Source: an uncultured delta proteobacterium
GTDB lineage: Bacteria; Desulfobacterota; Desulfobacteria; Desulfobacterales; UBA2156
Assembly: GCA_963698465.1 (NCBI GenBank)
Contig: CAVOQY010000008.1
Coordinates: 7,802-71,801, forward strand
Reading direction: 5' to 3'
Length of the DNA: 64,000 bases
Under the pieces are notes generated by a model. It did not search any database and was not told where the DNA came from. It saw only the letters and a list, made by a program, of their open reading frames with translations. Positions 17,039-26,735 of the stretch are shown in pieces (the first letter of the stretch is position 1; each line of letters opens with the position of its first letter). The position numbers and the translations under genes are program-made.

Positions 17039-19102
17039 ATGACTGAAAACAAGACCCAAAACACTTTAGTAGAGCACCTGAAAGCGGTGAAAGAACAGAA
17101 AAGATCCTTCGAAAACGCCTTCCAGGGCGTCTCGCGTATGATCCTGGAAGAAAAGATCGAGAAGGTGGTGGTCAACGGGAGGTCCACCTTCGATTTCAGT
17201 ATTTTCCGGTCCGGAAAGCGTCACATCGTAGGCCTGTACGACGAGATCAACAGCTTCGTTTCTTTTGTCAAGGACGCGGCCGAGGGGGGGTCTTCCAAGG
17301 AAATGGCCTTTGTGCTCGTGGGAGAACCGGGAAATGGAAAGACGTATTTCATCGAATACGCGTGCGCGCTGTACCGAAACTTTCTGTCCGAGGAAAAAAA
17401 CCGAAAATACACCTTCCGCTTCAACGGCATGGACCGCATCAGCGGATACGGGAAGCTTTCCGCCATCGAATCCCAGACCTATGAAGACCCCATGATTTTA
17501 GCCATGAACCTGTTTGATGAAGCAGATGCCAACAAGGCCTTTCTCGCCGAAAAAGCCGGGTTCACGGAAAGGGACTTCGACATCCTGTACGAAAACTACC
17601 GCCCCCTGGGGGCGTGTTCCGGTTACATCTGGAACGACATCCGGGTTTTTACCGACGGGAAGATGGACAGCATGCTCGACTTCGTGGAGATCGTTCCGGT
17701 GCCCCTCATCGAGAGCCTGGGGACTTTGACCGGGAAGTACCCGGCCAAGGACAAGATCACCTCGTCTTCGGTGGACCTTCTGGGCGAGGAATCGATCCAG
17801 CGGATGCTTCACATCACCGACACCAATAACCCCTATCGGTTCGATCTGAGACGGGGGGCCCTGGCCCGGGTGGCGGGGGGCGGCATCCATTTCTCCGACG
17901 AGATTTTCAAAAACAAGAAGGACCTGATCCAGGTCTACCTGGGGGTGATCCAGAACCGGGTGATCGAGATCGACGGCTACAAGTGGCCCATCGACACCCT
18001 GATTTTGGCCACCAGCAACAACTCGGAGTTCAATCGTTTCCTGGCGGAAAAAGAAGAATCCCCCATCGTGGACCGGTGCCGGATCTGCTACGTTTCCCAC
18101 AACACGGATTACCGGCTGCAGGAAACGCTGACCGGCTACGCCATCGGGAGCGAAACCAAGACCACCTTTTCCAAGGAGAAGCTGCACCTGGATCCGAACC
18201 TGAACTATGCCGCATCGGTCTCCGTGGTTCTCACCCGCCTGCCGCGCTCGGAGAAACTGACGCCGGTGGAGACCCTGAAGCTGGCTGCCGGGGAGGTTGC
18301 CGGCGAAAAAAGCATCAAGACGCTGGCCGAGGTGATCGACACCCTCGGGCAGGAACCGGACATCACCAAGCGCTTCGGCCAGAAAGGGATGGGGCAGCGG
18401 AACCTGGGTAGAGCCATCCAGCTCACCATCGAAAGTTCCGAGACCAACGAGGGAAAGTGCATGTTCGCCTACGACATCTTCAAGGCCATGGAGCGCATCG
18501 TCCTGGACTACGTCACTGAAGAAAACGACCGGGGGAAATTCCTGGAGGACCTCAAGATCGCCAAGGGGCTTTATCGGGAACGCATCATGACGGAGATGTT
18601 CAATGCCTACATGGACGAACCTTTGGCCATCAAGAAAGATGTCATGAACTATGTGAACATGATCATCGGGATCGACGCCGAGAATCTGGGACCCGACAAG
18701 ATGTGGAAGTACAAGGACCCGCAGACCGGGGAACTGAGGGCCATCAAGATCGATGAACGGTTCATCAAGAGCGTGGAGGAACGCCTGGAACTCAAAACCG
18801 AGGAGCAGCGGGAGACCTTCCGGACCGCCATCCGGAAGATTTACGGGCAGAAGATTTCCGTCGATCCCAACTACGATTTCATGGACAACCTGGAACTCGT
18901 CAAGGCCGTGACGGAGGTGCGCCTCAAGTCCGACATCGCCGGGGCTGGAAGCCTCATCGGCGCCTTGGCCAACCGGACCAACGAAGAGAACCAGAAGCTT
19001 TACGACCGGATGCTCAAGACCATGCGGGACAAGCTCGGCTATTGCCCCACCTGCGCCCAGAAGACCATCGAATACTTCTGCACCCAGGAGGATGAGAATT
19101 AA
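17039..19102 (+). CDS. prkA: PrkA family serine protein kinase / AAA+ protein (YeaG-like)
   Basis: 687 aa. Walker A is VGEPGNGKTY; Walker B-like segment is GGIHFSDEIFK. PrkA-type N- and C-terminal regions are present. It is followed by yeaH and spoVR homologues. Confidence 0.85.
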   Translation: MTENKTQNTLVEHLKAVKEQKRSFENAFQGVSRMILEEKIEKVVVNGRSTFDFSIFRSGKRHIVGLYDEINSFVSFVKDAAEGGSSKEMAFVLVGEPGNGKTYFIEYACALYRNFLSEEKNRKYTFRFNGMDRISGYGKLSAIESQTYEDPMILAMNLFDEADANKAFLAEKAGFTERDFDILYENYRPLGACSGYIWNDIRVFTDGKMDSMLDFVEIVPVPLIESLGTLTGKYPAKDKITSSSVDLLGEESIQRMLHITDTNNPYRFDLRRGALARVAGGGIHFSDEIFKNKKDLIQVYLGVIQNRVIEIDGYKWPIDTLILATSNNSEFNRFLAEKEESPIVDRCRICYVSHNTDYRLQETLTGYAIGSETKTTFSKEKLHLDPNLNYAASVSVVLTRLPRSEKLTPVETLKLAAGEVAGEKSIKTLAEVIDTLGQEPDITKRFGQKGMGQRNLGRAIQLTIESSETNEGKCMFAYDIFKAMERIVLDYVTEENDRGKFLEDLKIAKGLYRERIMTEMFNAYMDEPLAIKKDVMNYVNMIIGIDAENLGPDKMWKYKDPQTGELRAIKIDERFIKSVEERLELKTEEQRETFRTAIRKIYGQKISVDPNYDFMDNLELVKAVTEVRLKSDIAGAGSLIGALANRTNEENQKLYDRMLKTMRDKLGYCPTCAQKTIEYFCTQEDEN

Positions 19103-19136
19103 TAGAGGGGTCAAGGGTCCGAGGGGACGGGACCTC

Positions 19137-20376
19137 ATGGAAGACAAAAAAAACGTTTACGCCTATTGGGATCTGAGCACCCTGCAGGACATGCAGGCAC
19201 CCCAGTACACCTACACCACCGGCTTGCGGTCCCTGGAAGAACTTCTGGAACGGGACAAGCAGAGGGAAAAAGACGGGTTTCCCCGTAAGATCCGCATCGG
19301 CCGCCTCATGAAACCCGGAAAAAGCGGGAAAGGGAAGGTGGTGGTGGTTCCCACCACCGTGGAAGAGAAACTCGTTCACGACCTCTCCGTGCAGACCCCG
19401 GGTGAAGAAGGCGCCTCCGGCGGCTCCGGCGAAGGGGAGGAAGGGGAGGTCGTCGGTGAAGAACCGGTCCGCGGCGCCACGCCGTCAGGCGCCGGTCCGG
19501 GGGAGGGGGAAGGCGGAGCGCACGAGATCGAGTCGAGCGCCTATGATCTGGGAAAAATTCTAACCGAAAAGTTCGAGCTTCCCAACCTCAAGGACAAAGG
19601 CAAGAAGCGCTCCCTGACCCGTTACACTTACGAGCTCACGGACCGGCACCGCGGTTTCGGTCAGGTCCTGGACAAGAAAGCCACCCTGAAGCAAATCCTT
19701 CGAGACCGAACCGGGAGCTGGGCAACATCCCGGACTGGGAACATATCGATCCCACCCGGTTCCTCATTTCTCCCCAGGACCTGGTGTACCGTATCCTGTC
19801 CCCGAAAAGGACTTCGAGTCCCAGGCCGTGGTCTTTTTCCTGAGGGACTATTCCGGGTCCATGGCCGGAAAGACCACCGACCTGGTGGTGACCCAGCACG
19901 TCCTCATTTACAGCTGGCTTCTCTACCAGTATGCCCGGCAGGTGGAATCCCGCTTCATCCTGCACGACACCGAGGCCAAGGAGGTGGACGATTTCTACAC
20001 GTACTACAACTCCCAGGTGGCCGGGGGCACCAAGGTGGCCTCGGCCTATCGCCTCGTCAACGAAATCATCAGGAAAGAAAACCTGGCCGCCGATTACAAC
20101 ATTTACGTTTTTCACGGAACGGACGGGGACGATTGGGACACCGGCGGGAAGGAAACGCTTCCCGAACTCAAGACCCTGCTGGGTTTTGCCAACCGGGTGG
20201 GCATCTGCATCGCCGAGCATGCCCCTTCCGCCACCCACAACACCGAGATGGAAAAATACCTGAAGCAGTCCCGTTTCCTTGCCGAAAAACCCAACCTGAT
20301 CCGACTGGATGTCATGGAGGAGAGCGCGGCGGAAGCGCGTCTCATCGAGGGGATCAAGAAGCTCATCTCGCCCTGA
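19137..20376 (+). CDS. yeaH: DUF444 protein (YeaH/YhbH family, vWA-like); two 1-nt frameshifts near 19700-19712 and 19800-19808
   Basis: N-terminal part reads MEDKKNVYAYWDL...GKKRSLTRYTYELTDRHRGFGQVLDKKATLKQIL. The middle frame reads NRELGNIPDWEHIDPTRFLISPQDLVYRILSP. The C-terminal ORF 19828..20376 reads VFFLRDYSGSMAGK...YVFHGTDGDDWD. Confidence 0.8.
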
Positions 20377-20383
20377 GGAAGCC

Positions 20384-22033
20384 ATGGAACTCATCAAGCT
20401 GCACGCCAAGGCGATCATGGAGGGCTGCAAGGAAAGGGCCCGGGAGGCGGGCCTTGCCTTTTCAGACGAAACCCTGGAATACATCGTCACCAACAGGGAC
20501 CTCCTGGAACTCTCCCCCAAGGGGATGATCCCCACCCTCTATGATTACTGGGTGCACGACGTCGAGGTCCTGAGGGAAAAGGGGCGTTACGAGCTTTATC
20601 CGGGAAACCCTTACGAGACGGTCATCAACACACGGCCGCCCATCTCCTTTTACAACGACAACAACCCGGACTGGCTCAACGTCATGATTTTTTACCACGT
20701 CCTGGCGCACATCGATTTCTTCCAGAACAACGCCTTTTTCAGGAACACCTGGGGAACCGATTTCGTCGGGCAGGCGCTTTCCGACAAGCGCGTCATTGCC
20801 AAACTGAGGGCGGAAAAAGGACGGTGGATGGATTACGTCATCGAGTTCACACGGGGCATCGACAACCTCGTGGGATACCACGGGGAGCTGACCCGGCTCG
20901 ATTCGCGGGAATCCGAACGCGGCCGCACAGCGCTCGACTACTACTTCGACGTTTTTCTCCAATCCGTGAAAAAGGTACGGATCAGCGACTACATCAAGGA
21001 GGTGGATCGCTACAACGCCTTCCGGAAGCAGCACGGGACCCGGGCGGAGGAAGCGTTTTTTCTGGAGGTGAAAAAGCAGCATCCGGAATTCGACGCTCTT
21101 TTGGAAAAACACCTCAAGGCGAAACCCGTCCATCGGATGGATCTCATCGAATACCTGGTGGAACACTCCGATTTTTTGAAAAAGGAGGAAAACCGGTGGA
21201 TGAAGACGGTCATGGAGGTGGTGCGCAACACCTCCCTCTTCTTCCAACCCCAGATCCGGACCAAGATCATGAACGAAGGGTGGGCCAGCTTCTGGCACGA
21301 ACTCCTCTTCATGCAGGACGACCGTATCCAGGGGCACGAGGTGGATTTCGCCCGGGTCAACGCCGGGGTGACGGCCATGCCGCGGGTGGGGCTCAACCCC
21401 TATGCCCTGGGCATGAGACTGTTTGCCTATATTGAGGAGCTGTCGGATAAGGGGAAGCTGACCCATGCGTTCCAGAAGATTTCCAACGTCCGGCAGCGGG
21501 ACCGGTTCGACACCGGGGACCGGGAAGGAAGAAAGATGCTCTTCTGGATCCGGGAAAATTTTTGCGATTTCATGTTCATCAATACGTTTTTGGATCAGGA
21601 CTTCGTCACGCGCAACGACCTGTTCGTGGCCGGGAAGCGGCTCAACGAAAAGAAGGGGGTCTGGGAGTATTACATCAAAAGCAAGAAGGCGGATGACTAC
21701 CGGGAAATGCTGAAAAACGCCCTGTATCATCCCCCGGCTGTTTCGGTCGATCCGGAAAAGACAGCCCAAGGCCTTCTTTACCTCGTGCACCGCTTCGAGG
21801 GAAAACCCCTGGTGAGCGACTATATCCCCAACACCCTGCTGGGGATCGAGTTTCTATGGGGGGGACCGGTAAGCCTCGAGACCACGGAAGCCGTTTCCGT
21901 CGGACCGCCGGCGCGCTCTCCTCTGGATACCGCCCCCGGCAAGCCATCCGGGGAAAAAGCAAAAACCGAGGTGACCTGGCAGCGCGTCGTTTACACGATG
22001 CAGGGCCGCAAGCTGTCTAAAAAGGTACTGTGA
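20384..22033 (+). CDS. spoVR: SpoVR family protein (YcgB-like)
   Basis: Taken from Met MELIKLHAKAIMEGCKERA.... Includes ...PDWLNVMIFYHVLAHIDFFQNN..., ...NEGWASFWHE... and ...GLNPYALG.., typical of SpoVR. Confidence 0.85.
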   Translation: MELIKLHAKAIMEGCKERAREAGLAFSDETLEYIVTNRDLLELSPKGMIPTLYDYWVHDVEVLREKGRYELYPGNPYETVINTRPPISFYNDNNPDWLNVMIFYHVLAHIDFFQNNAFFRNTWGTDFVGQALSDKRVIAKLRAEKGRWMDYVIEFTRGIDNLVGYHGELTRLDSRESERGRTALDYYFDVFLQSVKKVRISDYIKEVDRYNAFRKQHGTRAEEAFFLEVKKQHPEFDALLEKHLKAKPVHRMDLIEYLVEHSDFLKKEENRWMKTVMEVVRNTSLFFQPQIRTKIMNEGWASFWHELLFMQDDRIQGHEVDFARVNAGVTAMPRVGLNPYALGMRLFAYIEELSDKGKLTHAFQKISNVRQRDRFDTGDREGRKMLFWIRENFCDFMFINTFLDQDFVTRNDLFVAGKRLNEKKGVWEYYIKSKKADDYREMLKNALYHPPAVSVDPEKTAQGLLYLVHRFEGKPLVSDYIPNTLLGIEFLWGGPVSLETTEAVSVGPPARSPLDTAPGKPSGEKAKTEVTWQRVVYTMQGRKLSKKVL

Positions 22034-22058
22034 ACCGCCGGGCGGTTCAGGGTCCTCA

Positions 22059-24428
22059 ATGCCGAAAGAGCGGACGGATCGAATGAATCGACAAGACCCA
22101 ACCGGGAAAACGGAAGACGTCGGAAAAGCCCTGGAGACCCTGGACAAGCGCCTGAGCGATCGGGAACAACGTGAGCCCGTGACTTTCGAAACCTTCCTGG
22201 AGGAAGTCACGGAAAATCCCCAACGGCTCATTCGGAACATTTTTCAGGTCTTTTTCGACATGGTCATGACGTACGTGGAGGAAAGGGACGAGTATCCGGA
22301 TGACCCGGAATCCATCGGCTACCTGGATTACGATTGCAGGAAGCTATTGGTAGAGGGGGCGGACCATCCATTTTTCGCCGACCGGCTGTTCGCCAACCGA
22401 TGGATCCGGCACGTGGAGGCCATGCGACACGGGGCCCAGCAGAACAAGATCTACATCTTCGACGGACCCCCGGGATGCGGCAAGAGCACCTTCTTGAACA
22501 ATCTATTAAAAAAATTCGAAGAATACGCCAACACGGAAGAGGGGACCCGCTACGAGATCCTCTGGCGGCTGGAACGGGGGATGCTGGGCGGCGCGTCGGC
22601 GGACGCGGATTCAAACCCCTTGATGGAGCGTCTGGCCCGCCTGCTGGAACGCGCCGGCCCGCAAACCGATTCCGGTCAAAAAGAGCCCGGTTGGGAATCC
22701 GAAGACGGGGAATGGAAGGGCGCCCTGGCCGAGGATGACACCGTAGAGATCCCCTGCCCCAGCCACGACAACCCCATCCTCATCATCCCCAAGGACCGAC
22801 GCCGCTCCTTTCTGGACGATCTCTTCCGGAACAACGAGTTCAAGTGGAAGCTTTCCACGGAAAAGGCGTACGAGTGGGTGTTCAAAGAAAACCCCTGCAC
22901 CGTTTGCAGCACCCTCTACGAGGGTCTGCTGGAGAAGGTGAAAAGCCCCATGGCGGTCTTTCAGCTGGTCTGGGCCCGTCCCTACCGGGTCAACAGGCGT
23001 CTCGGGGAAGGGATCAGCGTCTACAATCCCGGCGACAAGCCCTTGCGGCAGAACGTCCTGGGGAACCCGATGCTTCAAAGAAGGATCAACAGCCTCTTCA
23101 AGGACAGCAACCAGGTGCAATACCTTTTCTCCCGCTATGCCAAGACCAACAACGGCATTTACGCCCTGATGGACATCAAGTCCCACAACGTCGACCGGCT
23201 CATCGAGTTGCACAACATCGTGAGCGAAGGGGTCCACAAGGTGGAGGACCTGGAGGAAAGCGTCAACTCCCTCTTCATGGCGGTGATGAACCCCGAGGAC
23301 AAGAAGAACGTCTCGGATATCCCTTCTTTCTCGGACCGCATCGAGTACGTCCGCATCCCCTATGTGATGGATTTAAGGACGGAGGTGGAGATTTACCGCT
23401 CCATTTTCGGAAAGCAGATCAACGAGCGATTTCTCCCCAGGGTCCTGCACAACTTCGCCCGCGTCATCATCTCCAGCCGGTTGAAAACCCGTTCCGACGC
23501 CCTGCTCGAGTGGATCGGGGATCCGGAACCCTACCGCAGGTACTGTGACAAGAACCTGCACCTGCTTAAGATGGAGCTTTACACGGGGCACATCCCGGAT
23601 TGGCTTTCAGAGGAACACCGGAAGCAGCTCACGGCCAAGCGGCGCAGGAAGATTTTATCCGAAGCGGACACGGAAGGGGAGAAAGGCTTTTCCGGCCGGG
23701 ATTCCATCCGGCTGTTCAACCAGTTCTATTCCGACTATAAAAAAGAAGACGCGATGATCACCATGTCCATGCTCTGCAACTTCTTCATCAAGATCCGGAA
23801 GGAGGAGCCCGAGGCCATCCCGGAAGGATTCCTGGAGTCCCTGCATGCCCTGTACGACTACACCATTCTCCAGGAAGTCAAGGAATCGCTTTACTACTAC
23901 AACGAGGCGCAGATTTCCAGGGACATCCAGAACTACCTGTTTGCCCTCAACTTCGAAATCGGCGCCAAGGAGAAGTGCGCCTTCACCCAGGACGTGATCG
24001 AAATTTCGGAGGAGTTTTTAAGCGCCATCGAAACCCGTCTTTTGGGCGGCGCCCTGGAGGCGGCCAAGCGGACCGCCTTCCGGAGGGAAACTCAGAAAGA
24101 ATACACTTCCAACACCTTGACGCAGGAGATCATGGTGGAAGGAAAGCCCATCACCCAGACCCGGCTCTATGAATCCTTGTACGAACGCTACGTTTTCAAT
24201 CTCAAGAAAAAGGTCCTGGAACCCTTTTTGAAAAACGAGAACTTCCGCCGGGCGGTGAAGGAGTACGGGGAGGAGGACTTCAAGGCGCACGATCGCAAGA
24301 TCCGCGACGATGTCACCTTCATGATCAACAACCTCGCCAAGCGTTTCCAGTACACGGGCCAGGGGGCCAAAGAGATCTGCATCTACGTGGTGGACAACGA
24401 TCTGGCCCGGAAATTTTCAGACGCTTAA
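22059..24428 (+). CDS. Second, divergent PrkA-like P-loop protein (789 aa)
   Basis: Walker A is FDGPPGCGKSTF. The PrkA-like segment VEIPCPSHDNPILIIPKD is present. The Walker B region reads GIYALMDIKSH (D kept, E lost). Downstream, SFSDRIEYVRIPYVMD parallels PIVDRCRICYVSHNTD in PrkA at 17039. Confidence 0.65.
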   Translation: MPKERTDRMNRQDPTGKTEDVGKALETLDKRLSDREQREPVTFETFLEEVTENPQRLIRNIFQVFFDMVMTYVEERDEYPDDPESIGYLDYDCRKLLVEGADHPFFADRLFANRWIRHVEAMRHGAQQNKIYIFDGPPGCGKSTFLNNLLKKFEEYANTEEGTRYEILWRLERGMLGGASADADSNPLMERLARLLERAGPQTDSGQKEPGWESEDGEWKGALAEDDTVEIPCPSHDNPILIIPKDRRRSFLDDLFRNNEFKWKLSTEKAYEWVFKENPCTVCSTLYEGLLEKVKSPMAVFQLVWARPYRVNRRLGEGISVYNPGDKPLRQNVLGNPMLQRRINSLFKDSNQVQYLFSRYAKTNNGIYALMDIKSHNVDRLIELHNIVSEGVHKVEDLEESVNSLFMAVMNPEDKKNVSDIPSFSDRIEYVRIPYVMDLRTEVEIYRSIFGKQINERFLPRVLHNFARVIISSRLKTRSDALLEWIGDPEPYRRYCDKNLHLLKMELYTGHIPDWLSEEHRKQLTAKRRRKILSEADTEGEKGFSGRDSIRLFNQFYSDYKKEDAMITMSMLCNFFIKIRKEEPEAIPEGFLESLHALYDYTILQEVKESLYYYNEAQISRDIQNYLFALNFEIGAKEKCAFTQDVIEISEEFLSAIETRLLGGALEAAKRTAFRRETQKEYTSNTLTQEIMVEGKPITQTRLYESLYERYVFNLKKKVLEPFLKNENFRRAVKEYGEEDFKAHDRKIRDDVTFMINNLAKRFQYTGQGAKEICIYVVDNDLARKFSDA

Positions 24429-24461
24429 GCCGCCCAAACCCTTCAACGCCCGGATTCCCGC

Positions 24462-25886
24462 TCAAAGGCGTTTAAGCAGGCGTTCGTGAATATTGTCGAA
24501 GCCGCCGTTGGACATGATCAAAACGAGGTCCCCGGGCCGGGCCGTTTCTCCCAAAAAATCGAGGATGCTTTCGGTGTCCTGAAAAAAGTGGGCCTTTTTC
24601 CCCCGGGCGTTGAGGTCCGAAACCAGTTTCTCGGAGGAGAAGCGCTTCCCTTCGGGAACCTTGTTCAGCAAGGGGGGCTTCCGGATGCAGACCAGGTCCG
24701 CCGCGTCGAAGGCGCTGGGGTAAACCTCCTGGAAGATGTTTCGCATGCTCGTATTGGTGCGCGGCTCGAACACCGCCACCAGACGGCCGTTTCCAAATCG
24801 CCCTTTCGCGGCGGCAAGGGTTTCCCGAACCGCCGTGGGGTGGTGAGCGAAATCGTCCATGACGCAGATGCCCCTTTTAACGCCTCGGACCTCCTGGCGC
24901 CGCTTCACCCCTTTAAAAGTGCCGAGCGCCTTTTTCACCTTTTCTAAAGGGACCCCCAGATGTTCCGCGGCGGCCAGAACGGAAAGGGTGTTGAGCAGGT
25001 TGTGGGTGCCCATCAGGGGGATTTCCCATCGCCCCAGGGGGCGCCCGTTTTTTTGGGGGCCGAAAACCGTCTTGAACCCCGAAGCGAAGAATCCGTCAAA
25101 CCCCCAGTCGGAACCCTGGGCCCGACCGTACGTGCAGACGGGCCCGTTCCAGGCTCGGGCCAGCTTCATGACCTCGGGGTCCTCCGAGCAGGCAACTAAA
25201 AAGGATTGCGGAGAAAGCCGGGCGACGAGGGAAAAAAAGGCCCGGCGGACGTGATCGAAGTCCGTAAAGATGTCTGCGTGGTCGAATTCGATGCTGGTCA
25301 GAACCGTCACCCGGGCGTCGTAGTGCAAGAATTTCGGGCCTTTGTCGAAATAGGCCGTGTCGTATTCGTCGCCTTCCAGGACCACGACATCCCCCTTGCC
25401 CAGGCGGTAGTTGCTGTTGAAGTTGTTCAGGATGCCGCCGATGAGAAAAGACGGATCGAGCCCGGCTTCGGACAGGACATGGGCCGTGAGGGACGCGGTG
25501 GTGGTTTTGCCGTGGGTCCCCGCGATCAGGACCGCTTTCTTGCCCGCCACCAGGAAACGGTTGACGGCCTGGGGCATGGAGCAGAAGGGAAGACCCGCCT
25601 CCGCCAGGGCCACGGCCTCCGGGTTGGACCGGGTTACGGCGTTTCCCACCACCACGAGGTCCGGCTTGTGGGCAAGGTTCCGGCTGGAAAACCCCGGATT
25701 CAGCTCGATTCCTTTTTCCCTCAAGAAAGTGCTCATGGGGGGATAGACGTTGTCGTCCGACCCGGTGACCGAAAACCCCATCTCCTTGAGCAGGCAGGCC
25801 AGCGCCCCCATGGCGGTCCCGCAGGCTGCAATGAGGTGGACGGTTTTGACGCGGTCAGGGATGAAGTTGCCCGGGACTCCCGTCAT
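24462..25886 (-). CDS. mpl: UDP-N-acetylmuramate:L-alanyl-gamma-D-glutamyl-meso-diaminopimelate ligase (murein peptide ligase)
   Basis: Taken from Met MTGVPGNFIPDRVKTVHLIAACGTAMGALACLLKEMGFSVTGSDDNVYPPMSTFL...GTHGKTTT...EGDEYDTAYFDKGPKFLHY...FDHADIF. Closely parallels E. coli Mpl. Confidence 0.85.
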   Translation of the reverse strand: MTGVPGNFIPDRVKTVHLIAACGTAMGALACLLKEMGFSVTGSDDNVYPPMSTFLREKGIELNPGFSSRNLAHKPDLVVVGNAVTRSNPEAVALAEAGLPFCSMPQAVNRFLVAGKKAVLIAGTHGKTTTASLTAHVLSEAGLDPSFLIGGILNNFNSNYRLGKGDVVVLEGDEYDTAYFDKGPKFLHYDARVTVLTSIEFDHADIFTDFDHVRRAFFSLVARLSPQSFLVACSEDPEVMKLARAWNGPVCTYGRAQGSDWGFDGFFASGFKTVFGPQKNGRPLGRWEIPLMGTHNLLNTLSVLAAAEHLGVPLEKVKKALGTFKGVKRRQEVRGVKRGICVMDDFAHHPTAVRETLAAAKGRFGNGRLVAVFEPRTNTSMRNIFQEVYPSAFDAADLVCIRKPPLLNKVPEGKRFSSEKLVSDLNARGKKAHFFQDTESILDFLGETARPGDLVLIMSNGGFDNIHERLLKRL

Positions 25887-26356
25887 CTCCGGCTGCCTTT
25901 GGGCCCGGAGTTGGGCCCGGAGATCTTCTCGGCGGGTACGGCCATGAGGGTGACCAGGGCCTTGGCCGCCAGGACCTCGCTTTTGCCCCTGAGATCGAAG
26001 ACCTCGGATTCGGCAACGAGGATCTGGCGTCCCTCCCTGATGATCCGGGAACGGCAGGCGAGCGCCTCTCCGAAAGCGGGTTTTAAGAAGTTGATCTTGA
26101 ACTCCACGGTCAGGATCTGAAATCCTTCCGGAACACCGGTGAAGGCGGCGTACCCGGCCGTGTGGTCGGCCATGGCGGCCATCACTCCGGCATGGATGAA
26201 CCCGTCCTGCTGGCGATGGATCTTCGAAATCGCCACGCGGGATTCGAAACGGTTTTTTTCGGCCTGCACGGCCTTGAATCGGCAGTGCCGGATAAACCCT
26301 TTTTCGAAATCCTTTTTCAAAAAGGCTTTTCTCGAATCTAAAAGATCGGTCTTCAT
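25883..26356 (-). CDS. PaaI-family (hotdog fold) thioesterase
   Basis: Taken from Met MKTDLLDSRKAFLKKDFEKGF...IHAGVMAAMADHTAGYAA...LTVEFKINFLKP. Its stop overlaps the mpl start (ATGA). Confidence 0.7.
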   Translation of the reverse strand: MKTDLLDSRKAFLKKDFEKGFIRHCRFKAVQAEKNRFESRVAISKIHRQQDGFIHAGVMAAMADHTAGYAAFTGVPEGFQILTVEFKINFLKPAFGEALACRSRIIREGRQILVAESEVFDLRGKSEVLAAKALVTLMAVPAEKISGPNSGPKGSRR

Positions 26357-26576
26357 GACGTTTTCCCGCCGAGGTTGCACCGGGCAAAGCCGCACCCGTG
26401 CCTGTTCTGTTTCAGGGGTTTGTCCGCCCGGGAAAAATTTGATAGAGGCATAACCCAAAAGCCTTTGTCGGGCAACACGAAAACGGGCCGAAGAAAGCCC
26501 AGGGTCCGAGCCGGGATCCAATAAAAGGAAAAGTGGCGTTTTCAAAACCCTCCTTCCCCGCCTGTCGGGCCTTTTG

Positions 26577-26674
26577 GAAAGCGCTAAACTCGCTGCGCTG
26601 AATCTTGAAAACTCGGGCGTAACACCCTCAAGCAATTCAAGATTCAAATGCTTTGCTTCGTTAAGCGCTTTTTC
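26577..26674. repeat. Long imperfect palindrome in the thioesterase/cobB divergent intergenic region
   Basis: gaatcttgaa (26600-26609) is a perfect complement of ttcaagattc (26636-26645). Outer arms are gaaagcgct (26577-26585) and agcgctttttc (26664-26674). An inner hairpin ggg-cgtaaca-ccc is present. Confidence 0.4.
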
Positions 26675-26735
26675 AAAAGATCCCAAGCACGGTTTGTCAG
26701 GAGGTTTTGAAAAAAATTCAGTAAAAAGGGTCAAG

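Noticed and set aside
17498-19147. 549-aa minus-strand ORF
   Set aside because: It is the antisense shadow of prkA. Composition is biased (G/P/V/D/L-rich) and there are no motifs.
20462-21790. 442-aa minus-strand ORF
   Set aside because: It is the antisense shadow of spoVR.
25887-26387. N-terminal extension of ORF 24462..26387 upstream of mpl
   Set aside because: It overlaps the thioesterase gene. Mpl homology starts at MTGVPGNF (25886).
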